Below, one piece after another: positions 38,744-47,742 of a stretch of DNA of 64,000 nt (the stretch's first letter is position 1; the number at the start of each line of letters is the position of its first letter). The stretch spans positions 95,049 to 159,048 of the forward strand of contig CAZZLY010000001.1 of the NCBI GenBank assembly GCA_964655175.1, given 5' to 3'. The stretch comes from an uncultured bacterium. GTDB taxonomy: Bacteria > Eisenbacteria > RBG-16-71-46. Below the pieces are notes generated by a model. That model had not been told where the DNA came from. It saw only the letters and a program-made list of their open reading frames with translations, and did no database searches. Both the position numbers and the translations under genes were made by a program.

Positions 38744-40132
38744 TCACTTCACGACGAGGACGGAGTTGAGACCGCCGAAGTCGTCCTCTTGAGTGGTCTT
38801 GTTCGCGACGTCCGTCTTCCAGGTCTTGCCGTCGATGAGGAACTTGTACGTGTGCGTGCCGGCGGGCAGCTTGCGGGTGACCGTCCAGGTGCCGTCGGAC
38901 TGCTGCGTCATGGGGTCGGTGTTGATCGCCCAGTCGTTGAACGAACCGCACAGGGCCACCGACGAGCCGGGACCGGCATACGTGAACGTCACACCCGCGG
39001 CGGCGATCTGCGGCGCGCGCGGGCTGCCCGTGACCTTGATCGCGCTCGCGACGGGCGCCGCACCGGCCCCTGCGGTACCCGCGACGACCATGATGGCGTT
39101 CTTGCCGCCGAAGCCGTCGTCCACGGTCTCCTTGGCGGTGGGGTCTTCCTTCCAGTTCGAGCCGTCCACCACGAACTTATAGGCGTAGCGGCCGGGCGCG
39201 AGCTTCTTGGTGATCGACCAGACACCGTCGGCGCCCTTGGTGAGCGCATCGGCGCTGGTGCTCCAGCTGTTGAACTCGCCGGCGAGGTTCACCGAGTTGG
39301 CGGCCCCCGCGTAGCGGAACGTCACGCCGTCGCCGGTGACGGTGGAGCCCGCCGACTTGGCGGCTGCGGGCGCGGCCGCGGCGGGAGCGGCGGTGCCGCC
39401 CACGACGACGATGGCGTTCTTGCCGCCGAAGCCGTCGTCCACGGTCTCCTTGGCGGCGGGGTCTTCCTTCCAGTTCGAGCCGTCCACGACGAACTTGTAG
39501 GCGTAGCGACCGGGCGACAGCTTCTTGGTGATCGACCACGTGCCATCGGCGCCCTTGGTGAGCGCATCGGCGCTGGTGCTCCAGCTGTTGAACTCGCCGG
39601 CGAGGTTCACCGAGTTGGCGGCCCCCGCGTAGCGGAACGTCACGCCGTCGCCGGTGACGGTGGAGCCCGCCGACTTGGCGGCTGCGGGCGCGGCCGCGGC
39701 GGGAGCGGCGGTGCCGCCCACGACGACGATGGCGTTCTTGCCGCCGAAGCCGTCGTCCACGGTCTCCTTGGCGGCGGGGTCTTCCTTCCAGTTCGAGCCG
39801 TCCACGACGAACTTGTAGGCGTAGCGACCGGGCGACAGCTTCTTGGTGATCGACCACGTGCCATCGGCGCCCTTGGTGAGCGCATCGGCACTGGTGCTCC
39901 AGCTGTTGAACTCGCCGGCCACGTTCACCGCGTTGCCCTCGCCCTTGTAGCGGAACGTCACGCCATCGGCGGACACCGCCGAGCCAGCGGCAGGGGCTGC
40001 CGCGGTCGCCGTCGGGGACGCGACGTCGTCACCGGCCCACTGCGGCGGGACACCGTTCCGCCAGCCACCGGCGCAACCCAGGGCGGGCAGGAGGAGGGCG
40101 ACGAGAGCGAGGGAGCGGAACGCGCGGGTCAT
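38744..40132 (-). CDS. Probable lipoprotein composed of four tandem glycogen/starch-binding (CBM48/AMPK-GBD-like) domains
   Basis: Signal/lipobox-like MTRAFRSLALVALLLPALGC; four repeats of …GVTFRY.G…V.LAGEFNSWS…YAYKFVVDGSNWKEDP…DDGFGGKNA…, three of them nearly identical. Confidence 0.8.
   Translation of the reverse strand: MTRAFRSLALVALLLPALGCAGGWRNGVPPQWAGDDVASPTATAAAPAAGSAVSADGVTFRYKGEGNAVNVAGEFNSWSTSADALTKGADGTWSITKKLSPGRYAYKFVVDGSNWKEDPAAKETVDDGFGGKNAIVVVGGTAAPAAAAPAAAKSAGSTVTGDGVTFRYAGAANSVNLAGEFNSWSTSADALTKGADGTWSITKKLSPGRYAYKFVVDGSNWKEDPAAKETVDDGFGGKNAIVVVGGTAAPAAAAPAAAKSAGSTVTGDGVTFRYAGAANSVNLAGEFNSWSTSADALTKGADGVWSITKKLAPGRYAYKFVVDGSNWKEDPTAKETVDDGFGGKNAIMVVAGTAGAGAAPVASAIKVTGSPRAPQIAAAGVTFTYAGPGSSVALCGSFNDWAINTDPMTQQSDGTWTVTRKLPAGTHTYKFLIDGKTWKTDVANKTTQEDDFGGLNSVLVVK
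39092..40069. repeat. Tandem direct repeat, period 318 bp (106 codons), three near-identical copies plus a diverged fourth copy (38747-39091), all in-frame within the 4xGBD lipoprotein gene
   Basis: Nucleotides 39322-39567 are identical to 39640-39885 (overlapping antisense-frame ORFs give identical peptides); protein repeats identical over ~100 aa. Confidence 0.8.
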
Positions 40133-40989
40133 GGCAGTCTCCTGGTCGGGATCGACCGAGCCGGTGCGGCGGCACGCAGGGCCGCGACGCCGGGGGCGTG
40201 GTACTCGGTGATGCTGATGCTGAGGCGGCGCTCGTCGAAGACGAACGCGAACGTGTCGGTCGTGGCGAAGTGCACCACGAGGTCGGTGGCGGGCGTGGTG
40301 CCGAAGCGGGCCGGTGCGTCGGTGAACGGCGCGGACAGCGTCTGCGAACCGTCACCGCCCCAGCCGATCAGGTTCCCGATCGTCGAGGAGGCGTCGGTCA
40401 CGAACTTGAGGCGATAGGTGCCCGCGGCGATCGTCGGCATGGGGGAGGCGTACAGGTTGTAGTCGTTGTCGAGCCGCCACAGGCCCGCCGACGTGCCGAT
40501 GCACAGCGTCGTGAACGTGAGGAGCTCGTCGGGCGAGTAGCCCGGCATGGTGCCGATGACGAACACGTTCGAGGCGAGCGAGTCGGCCGTGTTGGCGATG
40601 AGCTTGAGGTCGCCGGCGTCCCGCGTGCGATCCACGACGCGGAACGGCCCGTACGCGCGCGGCGAGAACGCGTGCGAGCGCGCCACCAGCCCGTAGTCGC
40701 CGGGCTTGAGGCGGGCGAACGTGAACGCGGGCGAACCGGGCGTCGTGAGGGTCTCGGCCACCACGAGGCCCCCCTGCGTCATCTGGACGCGCACGGGCGG
40801 GAACGGGGCGCGGTCGAGCCCGGGGTAGGCCGTCGTGTCGAACACCACGACCCCGGTGAGTCCCCCGGTCGGCACCGCGGGCGCGGGGCGGATCCCGGTG
40901 GGCACGAGCACCTGACCCTTCTCGTTGCGACCGCAGCCGACGAGAGCGACGAGCAGGGGGAGCGTGAGCCACAGCGAACGTGCACGCAT
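40129..40989 (-). CDS. Lipoprotein of unknown function (candidate surface glucan-binding protein); true start at ATG 40989
   Basis: MRARSLWLTLPLLVALVGC lipobox; co-directional and overlapping (ATGA-type) with neighbouring glucan-binding genes; no recognisable catalytic motifs. Confidence 0.6.
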   Translation of the reverse strand: MRARSLWLTLPLLVALVGCGRNEKGQVLVPTGIRPAPAVPTGGLTGVVVFDTTAYPGLDRAPFPPVRVQMTQGGLVVAETLTTPGSPAFTFARLKPGDYGLVARSHAFSPRAYGPFRVVDRTRDAGDLKLIANTADSLASNVFVIGTMPGYSPDELLTFTTLCIGTSAGLWRLDNDYNLYASPMPTIAAGTYRLKFVTDASSTIGNLIGWGGDGSQTLSAPFTDAPARFGTTPATDLVVHFATTDTFAFVFDERRLSISITEYHAPGVAALRAAAPARSIPTRRLP

Positions 40990-41003
40990 GGTCGGACTCG
41001 ACC

Positions 41004-41408
41004 TCACCGGACGTCCAGCAGCGAGTTGAAGCCGCCGAAGCCGTCGTTGGTGCGGTTGGGGTTGTTCGGGTCTTCCTTCCAGTTCACGCGATCGATGACG
41101 AACTTGTACTGGTAACGCCCCGCCGGGAGCCGCTCGGTGCGCGTCCAGATGCCGTCGCCATCCTCGTCCTTCATCTCGCCGACGAGGAACGACCCCGTCT
41201 GGGCCTGGCCCGCGAGCCACTTGTTCTCCGGCCAGTCGCCCGCCACCTGCACGACCTTGGCGCTCGGGGCCTCGAAGCGGAACGTCACGCCCTCGGGACC
41301 GGCGGTCGGCGGCGGGAGGCGGCGCTTGATGAAGTTGAGCGTGCTGCAGCCCGCGACCAGCGCCAGCAGCGCGAGCGCGGTGAGGATCGGACCGAGGGGA
41401 CGACGCAT
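41004..41408 (-). CDS. Small lipoprotein with single glycogen-binding (CBM48/AMPK-GBD-like) domain
   Basis: MRRPLGPILTALALLALVAGC lipobox; …GVTFRFEAPSAKVVQVAGDWPENKW…YQYKFVIDRVNWKEDPNN…DGFGGFNS…. Confidence 0.7.
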   Translation of the reverse strand: MRRPLGPILTALALLALVAGCSTLNFIKRRLPPPTAGPEGVTFRFEAPSAKVVQVAGDWPENKWLAGQAQTGSFLVGEMKDEDGDGIWTRTERLPAGRYQYKFVIDRVNWKEDPNNPNRTNDGFGGFNSLLDVR

Positions 41409-41439
41409 GTCGGGACTCCTTGGCGGCGGTGCGTGAGAA

Positions 41440-43749
41440 CTAGAAGTGGACGATCGCCTGGATCTGGATGCGCTTCTCGTTCATGAGTGCGCGCTCGGCG
41501 GCGGCGATCTGCGGGGCGAGGGACAGGTAGTCGGTCTCGGCGACGAAGCCGTTGGCGTTGCGCGCCTCGAGGTAACGCTCGCGTCCGAGCGGCGCGTACT
41601 CGTTGGTGATCGGGTCGAGCACGTTCGGGTCCACGCCGAAGCCCAGCGACAGTTCGATGCCGGGCGCCCAGCGATAGGTCGCGTCGGTGAAGAAGTCCAG
41701 ATAACCGCGTCCCAGCCCCAGCTCGGGCGTGTCGTACTTGACCCAACGCAGGTCGTGCTCGATGCGGATGGGGCGATTGAGGTCCCAGCCCAGCGTGAAC
41801 ACGGACTCGGCGTAACGGGGCTGCGTGCCCAGATGCACGCCGGTGAAGTTGCCCTTCCAGGCGAACGAGCCCTTGCGACGGGGCGCGAACGGGATCTCGA
41901 GCGAGGGGCGCACGCGCACCACGTCGGACTGTCCGAGCACGGTGAGGCGATCGGGGCCGACCAGCGAGCGCCCGCTCTCGAGCCAGAAGTTCCCGGTCGG
42001 GAACCACATCTGATACTCCCACGCGGTGCGCGGGTCGTACTCGAAGTGCGTCACCTCGAGGTCGAGCGTGGTCTTGACCTCACGGTCGAGGTAATACCGC
42101 CAGTTGCGATCCCAGCCCAGCGTGAACGTCGTGCGGGCGTTGTCGAGCTGCAGGAACGGGTCGTCCACCTGCGCGCGCTGGAACTCGACGTTGAGCACGC
42201 GCGGATGGTCGTCGGGCGGCAGGCCCGCCGGGATGATCGGCGACTGCGCCCACGCGGGATAGCGGTGCGTCTCGCGCTCGATCGTCGCACGCAGGCCGAT
42301 GTCGCCCTGCGCCAGCGTCCACGCGGCACCCAGATGCAGCTTGTCGCTCGCATCGGTGGTGAAGTGCTGCCCGTCGGCGAGCGTCGAGCCGAGACTCGAG
42401 AAGCCCGTCGCCCCGGTGGCGGCGATCGCGGACGCCTTCCAGCGCTCCTCGGTCGCGCCGTTCACCAGGTTCAGGCGACGCGCGCCGAACAGCGCTTCGG
42501 CGTCCAGACGCAGCGTGCTCGACGGCTGCCAGCGGAGCGTGCCGCCGAGGCCGTACCACTGCTGCGTCGTCTGGCCGCTGCGCACGCGGACGACGCTGTC
42601 CGAGACAGGCTCGGCGAGGACGAGCCGACCCAGCTGGAAGCCTCGATCGGTGCGCCCCAGCACGCTCGCGCGCAGGCCGCGACCGAGGTCGCGCGCCACG
42701 CGCAGGGCGAACGTGTTCTCGTTGCCGTCGCCGTACCCGAACGCCTTACCGTTGTCGCCGAAGTCGGTCGCCGACACCTTGGCGAGCTGCTGCGTGCCGA
42801 GCCGGAACCCGGTCGTGCCGCGCTCGGCGGCGAGCAGGGCGAGCGCCTTGGCGGTCGCATCCCCCTCGAACACGAAGTCGGGCAGGGGCTGGCGCGTCAC
42901 GGTGAAGCCGGGGAACGTCGTACCGCCGGCCTCGAAGTTGTCCGTGTAGAGCAGTTCCGTCTCGAAGCCCGCCTGCGGCGTGCGGAACTGGAACCCCTGG
43001 CGCTGGTAGCCGAACGGCCGCGCGTACGGTCCGATGGCGCCGACCAGATGGAACGGGTCGTCCCAGTCCGCGATCGTCTCGCTGTCGAACGCGTACAGGG
43101 ACATGCCCGGCGTGGTCATGGTCAGGCTCCCGCGCTTGAAGTTGAGGCGGCTGCGGAAGTCCTGCCCCGTCTCGTTGCGCGGATTCAGATTGGTGAGCAT
43201 GTGACCCGTGAGTGCATCCGAGAACCGCACGCCGAAGCCCAGGTCCACGTCCATCTCGGGACGACGCAGTTCGTAGCGCGAGTAGGCGGGCGTGTAGAAG
43301 CTCTGGTACAGGCCGATGATGCGCCCGTCGATGAGCACCTTGGGGCTGTAGGGGGTGTTCGAGGTGGCCTTCTGCGTGACGAGTTCGCCCTTGGCGTCCA
43401 CCGTCACCACGCTGTTGCCGAACTCGCCCTTGGTGGCGCCGTTCTCGGGATCGGCGAACCACTGGCCGTCGACGACGAACTTGTAGGTGTGCTCACCCGC
43501 CGGAAGCGCGAGCGTCACGCTCCACAGGTCCCCCGTCTTCTTCATGGGGTTCGCGCTCGAGTTCCAACCGTTGAACTCGCCGGCCCACGCCACACTGCCG
43601 GCGTTGGCGTCGCGATAGGTGAAGCGGATGCCGCCCGCGGCCTTCTCGGGGGCCGCGTGCGCAGGGGAGGCGAGGGCGAGCGCCACGAGGGCGGCCGAGA
43701 GCGTCGCCGCGAGACGACGGAGCGGACGGACGAGGACGTGGGCGCGCAT
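41440..43749 (-). CDS. Outer-membrane beta-barrel protein with N-terminal glycogen-binding (CBM48-like) domain
   Basis: Signal peptide MRAHVLVRPLRRLAATLSAALVALALASPAHA; …GIRFTYRDANAGSVAWAGEFNGWNS…HTYKFVVDGQWFADP… GBD; >650 aa of alternating beta-strand-like sequence rich in G/Y/F/W/N, C-terminal …QIQAIVHF (terminal aromatic). Listed 1293-aa ORF 41440..45321 is two genes; ATG 43747-43749 shares its A with the upstream gene's TGA stop. Confidence 0.7.
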   Translation of the reverse strand: MRAHVLVRPLRRLAATLSAALVALALASPAHAAPEKAAGGIRFTYRDANAGSVAWAGEFNGWNSSANPMKKTGDLWSVTLALPAGEHTYKFVVDGQWFADPENGATKGEFGNSVVTVDAKGELVTQKATSNTPYSPKVLIDGRIIGLYQSFYTPAYSRYELRRPEMDVDLGFGVRFSDALTGHMLTNLNPRNETGQDFRSRLNFKRGSLTMTTPGMSLYAFDSETIADWDDPFHLVGAIGPYARPFGYQRQGFQFRTPQAGFETELLYTDNFEAGGTTFPGFTVTRQPLPDFVFEGDATAKALALLAAERGTTGFRLGTQQLAKVSATDFGDNGKAFGYGDGNENTFALRVARDLGRGLRASVLGRTDRGFQLGRLVLAEPVSDSVVRVRSGQTTQQWYGLGGTLRWQPSSTLRLDAEALFGARRLNLVNGATEERWKASAIAATGATGFSSLGSTLADGQHFTTDASDKLHLGAAWTLAQGDIGLRATIERETHRYPAWAQSPIIPAGLPPDDHPRVLNVEFQRAQVDDPFLQLDNARTTFTLGWDRNWRYYLDREVKTTLDLEVTHFEYDPRTAWEYQMWFPTGNFWLESGRSLVGPDRLTVLGQSDVVRVRPSLEIPFAPRRKGSFAWKGNFTGVHLGTQPRYAESVFTLGWDLNRPIRIEHDLRWVKYDTPELGLGRGYLDFFTDATYRWAPGIELSLGFGVDPNVLDPITNEYAPLGRERYLEARNANGFVAETDYLSLAPQIAAAERALMNEKRIQIQAIVHF

Positions 43750-45314
43750 CAGAAGTTCCCCTTGAGGATGAATTTGATCTGGTCGAACTGGTCGCCGTTG
43801 CCGTTGAGGTTGCCCTCGTCGACGGGCGTCGAGCCACCACCGATGTAGTCCGGGCCGTACTGCAGGAACATCTCCATGTTCCCCGTGGGCCGGTACTGGA
43901 GCTGGGTGAACAGCCCCTTGCGCAGGATGCTGGCGTCGTTGCCGAACACGAAGCGGTTGTAGACCTTCATCTTGGGCGTCAGGTTGAGCGAGTTCTCGAT
44001 CGAGAACAGCTGCTTGCGCTCGGGCTTGCCGATGTCGCGCAGCTTGCTCTGCACGCGCAGCCATGCCAGACGGCTCTCGACCTGGAGCTCGTTGAACCAG
44101 TCCAGGTGCGACTCCTTGCGCAGGATGCCGCCGCTGGGGGAGTAGACGTCGCGGCGACGGTACGAGGTCTTGCCCGTGAACCCGTTCACGAACTCGATGT
44201 AGAGCTCGTTGTACATCTCGCGCGTCGCGTTGCGGCTGAACGTCTTGTTGGAGTACGCGAGGAACTGGTTCGAGTAGGTGATCGCCCGCTCCGGCAGCAT
44301 GTAGTAGGACTGCAGGATGAAGCCGGTCTCGTCGCTCGTGGGCCCGCCGAGGGCGTTGCGGTAGCGCGGGCCGCGGCTCCACCAGCCGGGCGCGAAGTTG
44401 AGGTAGCCGACGCGCGGGTGGCCGACCTTGAGACTGCGGATCTCGGCGTGCAGCACCGAGCGGTCCGAAAGTCGGAACGGGGTCGGGGTCTTGCCGATCG
44501 TGATCGGGCCGCGGACACCGTTGCCGTTGTGCAGCGTCGGCATGCTCTCGGCGTATTCCAGCGACAGGTCGGTGTGGCCCCAGCGGTAGCGCGAATCGAT
44601 CGCCATCACGCTCGTCCAGGGCGCGGGGCCGCTGATGCTGTCGCGGCCGGTCCAGCCCTCGAAGCGGTTGTAGGTCATCCCCAAACGCAGGCGGTCGTCG
44701 CGGAAGAAGTTGCGACGCAGGCGCATGACGTACATGTCGTCCGTGCGCAGCTCGCGCTGCGCCGCGATCGAGTCGCGCGGGATGACCGGATCGCTGCCGC
44801 TGAAGTCCTGCGGATTGAACTGACTCGACTGGTCCGCGACGATGAACGTGGCGTTGGTCTTGAAGAAACCCCACGTGTCGAGTCGCACGCCCTGCCCGTC
44901 GCCGCGGCCGTTGGTGATGTTGATGAGGTAGGAGTCCACCCAGAAGCGGTCCTGCCGCGAGAACAGATAAGCGTCGAGGCCGCGCTTGCCCATCTCCTTG
45001 CGGAATCGCAGATGCGATTCGCGGTACTGGAACTCGGGGCGCGCGCCGTTGTTGTCGTTGGGATGCCACTCGGCCTCGACCTTGAGGAACGCCTCGACGC
45101 CGCCGCGGGGCTGCGTGAACAGGCGCAACTGCGCGTTGTCGAAGTTGTCGTACGAGTTCGAGTCGAAGTTCCACGGATAGGCGCGGTTGTTCTTGCGCAT
45201 CTCCGCCATGAGCTGGTACTCGCCCTCGAGCTTGGTGACCGCGCGCGCGACCGTCGGCCATGCCGACAGCACCGCGAGGGCGAGCAGGGCGAGGGCCTTC
45301 CGACGCCGGATCAA
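43749..45314 (-). CDS. Outer-membrane beta-barrel protein (porin-like, ~520 aa)
   Basis: Signal peptide MIRRRKALALLALAVLSAWPTVARA; beta-barrel-type composition, C-terminal …IKFILKGNF; no TonB-box/plug motifs evident. Confidence 0.65.
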   Translation of the reverse strand: MIRRRKALALLALAVLSAWPTVARAVTKLEGEYQLMAEMRKNNRAYPWNFDSNSYDNFDNAQLRLFTQPRGGVEAFLKVEAEWHPNDNNGARPEFQYRESHLRFRKEMGKRGLDAYLFSRQDRFWVDSYLINITNGRGDGQGVRLDTWGFFKTNATFIVADQSSQFNPQDFSGSDPVIPRDSIAAQRELRTDDMYVMRLRRNFFRDDRLRLGMTYNRFEGWTGRDSISGPAPWTSVMAIDSRYRWGHTDLSLEYAESMPTLHNGNGVRGPITIGKTPTPFRLSDRSVLHAEIRSLKVGHPRVGYLNFAPGWWSRGPRYRNALGGPTSDETGFILQSYYMLPERAITYSNQFLAYSNKTFSRNATREMYNELYIEFVNGFTGKTSYRRRDVYSPSGGILRKESHLDWFNELQVESRLAWLRVQSKLRDIGKPERKQLFSIENSLNLTPKMKVYNRFVFGNDASILRKGLFTQLQYRPTGNMEMFLQYGPDYIGGGSTPVDEGNLNGNGDQFDQIKFILKGNF

Positions 45315-46243
45315 CGGTCACCTCCGGGAAGCGGTGCGCGCAGGGTGATGCGATAGGAGGCGCCCAGATCGTGGTCCGTGGTCGCGGTGGCGTCCACGTG
45401 ATAGCCCCGGTGGAAGACGCCGAAGCCGCCGTTGAAATCGAGTTCGTTGGGAGAGCCCTGCGTGTCCACGATGTTCGACAGGTTCGAGACGCTCGAACGG
45501 ATCGCGAACACGTTGAAGAACGTCACCTCGATCCCGGCGCTCAGCGAGGTGCGTCCACCCGCCAGCTGCGACCAGCCCAGCGAGATGGTGGATTCACGGT
45601 TCCACCGTACCGAGGCGGCGAGTTCCTGGCGTGCCGCGAGGCGCTGGCCGCCGGTGCCGGGGATGAACTCGTAGCGCGGCTCGAGCAGGTCGCGACCGAC
45701 CCACGCCAGATCCACGCGCCACGGCGTCTCATAGAGGAGCGAGGCGTCGAGCGAGGTGCGCGACTGCCGACCGTAGTCGATCGCGGTCGCGGGCGCCGAC
45801 GGGTCGGCGAACGGCGTGAAGCCGATCCGGCCCACCTTGCCCGCCAGACCCACCGACAACGTCCCGCCGTGCGGCATGAAGTCCGGGCTCATGCGGTGCG
45901 CGACGGCCAGCGTGAACAGGTCCTCGGCGTAGCTGTCCGACAGCCCCAGATGGTGCCAGCCGGCGCCGAGGCTCACCGGGCCCACCGGAGCGGCCACCGC
46001 GATGCCACCGACGTTGAGATCCGCCAGCCCATAGGGCTTGGCGTAGTCCACCGAGGCCTCGCCGCGCGTGAGGCGGGTGAGGGCGGCCGCGTTCCAGTAG
46101 TGTGCCGAGACGTCGGACACGCTCGCGATGGAACCGAATCCCATGGCGAGTCCGCGTGCCCCGACCGCGACCTCCTCGAAGTAGGCGTGGGCGGTGGCGG
46201 CCCACAGCAGCGTCAGCGCGAGTGCCCGCGACAGCGCCTTCAT
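45311..46243 (-). CDS. Small outer-membrane beta-barrel protein (310 aa), possibly PorP/SprF- or FadL-like; function unknown
   Basis: Signal peptide MKALSRALALTLLWAATAHA; alternating hydrophobic beta-strand pattern; overlaps both neighbours by 4 nt. Confidence 0.55.
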   Translation of the reverse strand: MKALSRALALTLLWAATAHAYFEEVAVGARGLAMGFGSIASVSDVSAHYWNAAALTRLTRGEASVDYAKPYGLADLNVGGIAVAAPVGPVSLGAGWHHLGLSDSYAEDLFTLAVAHRMSPDFMPHGGTLSVGLAGKVGRIGFTPFADPSAPATAIDYGRQSRTSLDASLLYETPWRVDLAWVGRDLLEPRYEFIPGTGGQRLAARQELAASVRWNRESTISLGWSQLAGGRTSLSAGIEVTFFNVFAIRSSVSNLSNIVDTQGSPNELDFNGGFGVFHRGYHVDATATTDHDLGASYRITLRAPLPGGDR

Positions 46244-47625
46244 CGCACCACCACCACGGAACGGAGCGCACGGCTCAGATTGGGCTCGATCACGGTGCGG
46301 ATCACGTAGATGCCGGGCGGTACGATGCGGCCGCGCTCGTCACGGCCGTCCCACGCATCGCGCAGGTCGGTCTCGGAGGCCGCATCCCAGAACGAATCCC
46401 CGGGCTGGCCGCGCACGACGTTGCGCGTCTGGCCCTGATACAGCGCACGCACGAACCTTCCGCGCAGGTCGTAGACGTTCGCGGTGAGGTTGTACTGCCG
46501 CACCTTGGCGATCGGATCGGTGGGATCCAGCTTCTTGTCGAGTTCGACCCGGAACGACACCTTGTCACCGGCGTCGGGTGAGAACGCGGGGCGATCGAGG
46601 TGCACTTGGTCCGCCGCGAAGCGCAGCGCCACGACGGGCGGCTGGAACCGGAACGTGATGCGATCCTTGGGCGAGACGTTCCAGTCGGCCACGCCATCGG
46701 GGCCGGGCGCACCGTTGTTCAGCCCCGTGTCGTTGTTGCGGTCCAGATCGAGGATCGCCCAGTTGTCCAGGAACACGAGGTCGCCCGAGTTGTCCGTGTG
46801 CCCGCGCAGGTTGTCCGGGGCCGAATCGGGCCCACCGGTGCCGTCGCCGCCGGCGGTCACGACCGCGCACACCTTGATCTTGGTCCCCGGCGGGAACAGG
46901 CGGAAGGTGTCCGCGACGCCGGCCACGGTGAGGAACGTGTCGCGCGTGCCCACGCCGGCCGAGCCCAGGAACAGCGAGCGCCAGGGGATGCGCAACTCCA
47001 TGGCGCGCTCGGGATTCCCCTGCAGGAAGGTGGCGGCGGCGTTGAACGTGGCGCCGACGCGCTGATCGTCCACCTGGTTGCCCGCGATCTGGACGATGAG
47101 GCGCGGCGAGGTGTTGCCATCCCACGTGGCCGCGAACAGGTCGGGGGCGAAGCCCTTGCCCTGCGCGGTGCCGGTGGTGTCGAAGTCGAAGTTGCGCTTC
47201 CACGAGTTGAGCTGCGTCATGGACGTCAGACCACGATTGGGCACGGTGTCGAACAGCAGCACCATGTTGTTGTCCCAGATGCGGCCCTCGCCGGCGACGT
47301 ACAGGAACTGCGCGTCCCAGGTGATGCGGATCTGGTTGACGTCCTCGTTCACGCCCCAGCGCGAATCATCGGGCGCTTCCTCTGGGGCGTTGGCGGCGTT
47401 GTTGAAGCCGAACATGGCCTCGTCGGTCTGATAGTCCGTCGTGAAGCCGTCCACGCGGATGCGCGCGGACAGATCGCGCGCGGTCACGGCGTGACCGATG
47501 CCGGGCAGCGCGAGGACGAGCGGCAGTGCGAGACAGAGGGAGCGCAGACGCACGGGAGCCCACCGGGATTGGGGAGGGAACGTGACGAACAAAGTCCAGG
47601 ACGGTGCGCATACTCGCCGTGTCAC
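46240..47625 (-). CDS. Secreted protein with CBM9/DOMON-like N-terminal carbohydrate-binding-type domain and C-terminal FlgD-Ig/T9SS-type sorting domain; start codon uncertain (signal peptide begins ~24 codons into listed ORF)
   Basis: …RLRSLCLALPLVLALPGIGHA signal; N-domain …IRVDGFTTDYQTDEAMF…QFLYVAGEG… paralogous to 48086 and 50677 proteins; C-terminal …NVYDLRGRFVRALYQG…DAWDGRDERGRIVPPGIYVIRT… CTD. Confidence 0.65.
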   Translation of the reverse strand: MTRRVCAPSWTLFVTFPPQSRWAPVRLRSLCLALPLVLALPGIGHAVTARDLSARIRVDGFTTDYQTDEAMFGFNNAANAPEEAPDDSRWGVNEDVNQIRITWDAQFLYVAGEGRIWDNNMVLLFDTVPNRGLTSMTQLNSWKRNFDFDTTGTAQGKGFAPDLFAATWDGNTSPRLIVQIAGNQVDDQRVGATFNAAATFLQGNPERAMELRIPWRSLFLGSAGVGTRDTFLTVAGVADTFRLFPPGTKIKVCAVVTAGGDGTGGPDSAPDNLRGHTDNSGDLVFLDNWAILDLDRNNDTGLNNGAPGPDGVADWNVSPKDRITFRFQPPVVALRFAADQVHLDRPAFSPDAGDKVSFRVELDKKLDPTDPIAKVRQYNLTANVYDLRGRFVRALYQGQTRNVVRGQPGDSFWDAASETDLRDAWDGRDERGRIVPPGIYVIRTVIEPNLSRALRSVVVVR

Positions 47626-47711
47626 GCGATGGGGTCAAGGCTCCCGCACCTCACCATGAGCGGCGCGTGTTCCGGCGTCCGATGGCGTGTTGAGCCCTCG
47701 CCCTGAGGTTG

Positions 47712-47742
47712 CTTGAATGCATAGATATTGCGTTGATTCAAG
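47712..47742. promoter_or_regulatory. AT-rich inverted repeat CTTGAAT-N17-ATTCAAG in divergent promoter region (candidate operator)
   Basis: Perfect 7-bp inverted repeat at 47712-47718/47736-47742 inside the only AT-rich stretch (…tgcatagatattgcgttgattcaa…) of a 460-bp intergenic region between divergently transcribed secreted-protein genes. Confidence 0.25.

Noticed and set aside
39092-40069. Possible CRISPR array (regular ~318-bp repeats)
   Set aside because: The period is far too long, the repeats are contiguous without spacers and maintain a protein reading frame encoding GBD domains, and no cas genes are nearby.
41440-45321. Single 1293-aa ORF on the minus strand
   Set aside because: Contains an internal signal peptide (MRAHVLVRPL…) at ATG 43749, and the upstream half is in-frame only by chance over the second barrel gene (43749..45314 in a different frame is the real, better-composed protein). 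Split into two genes.
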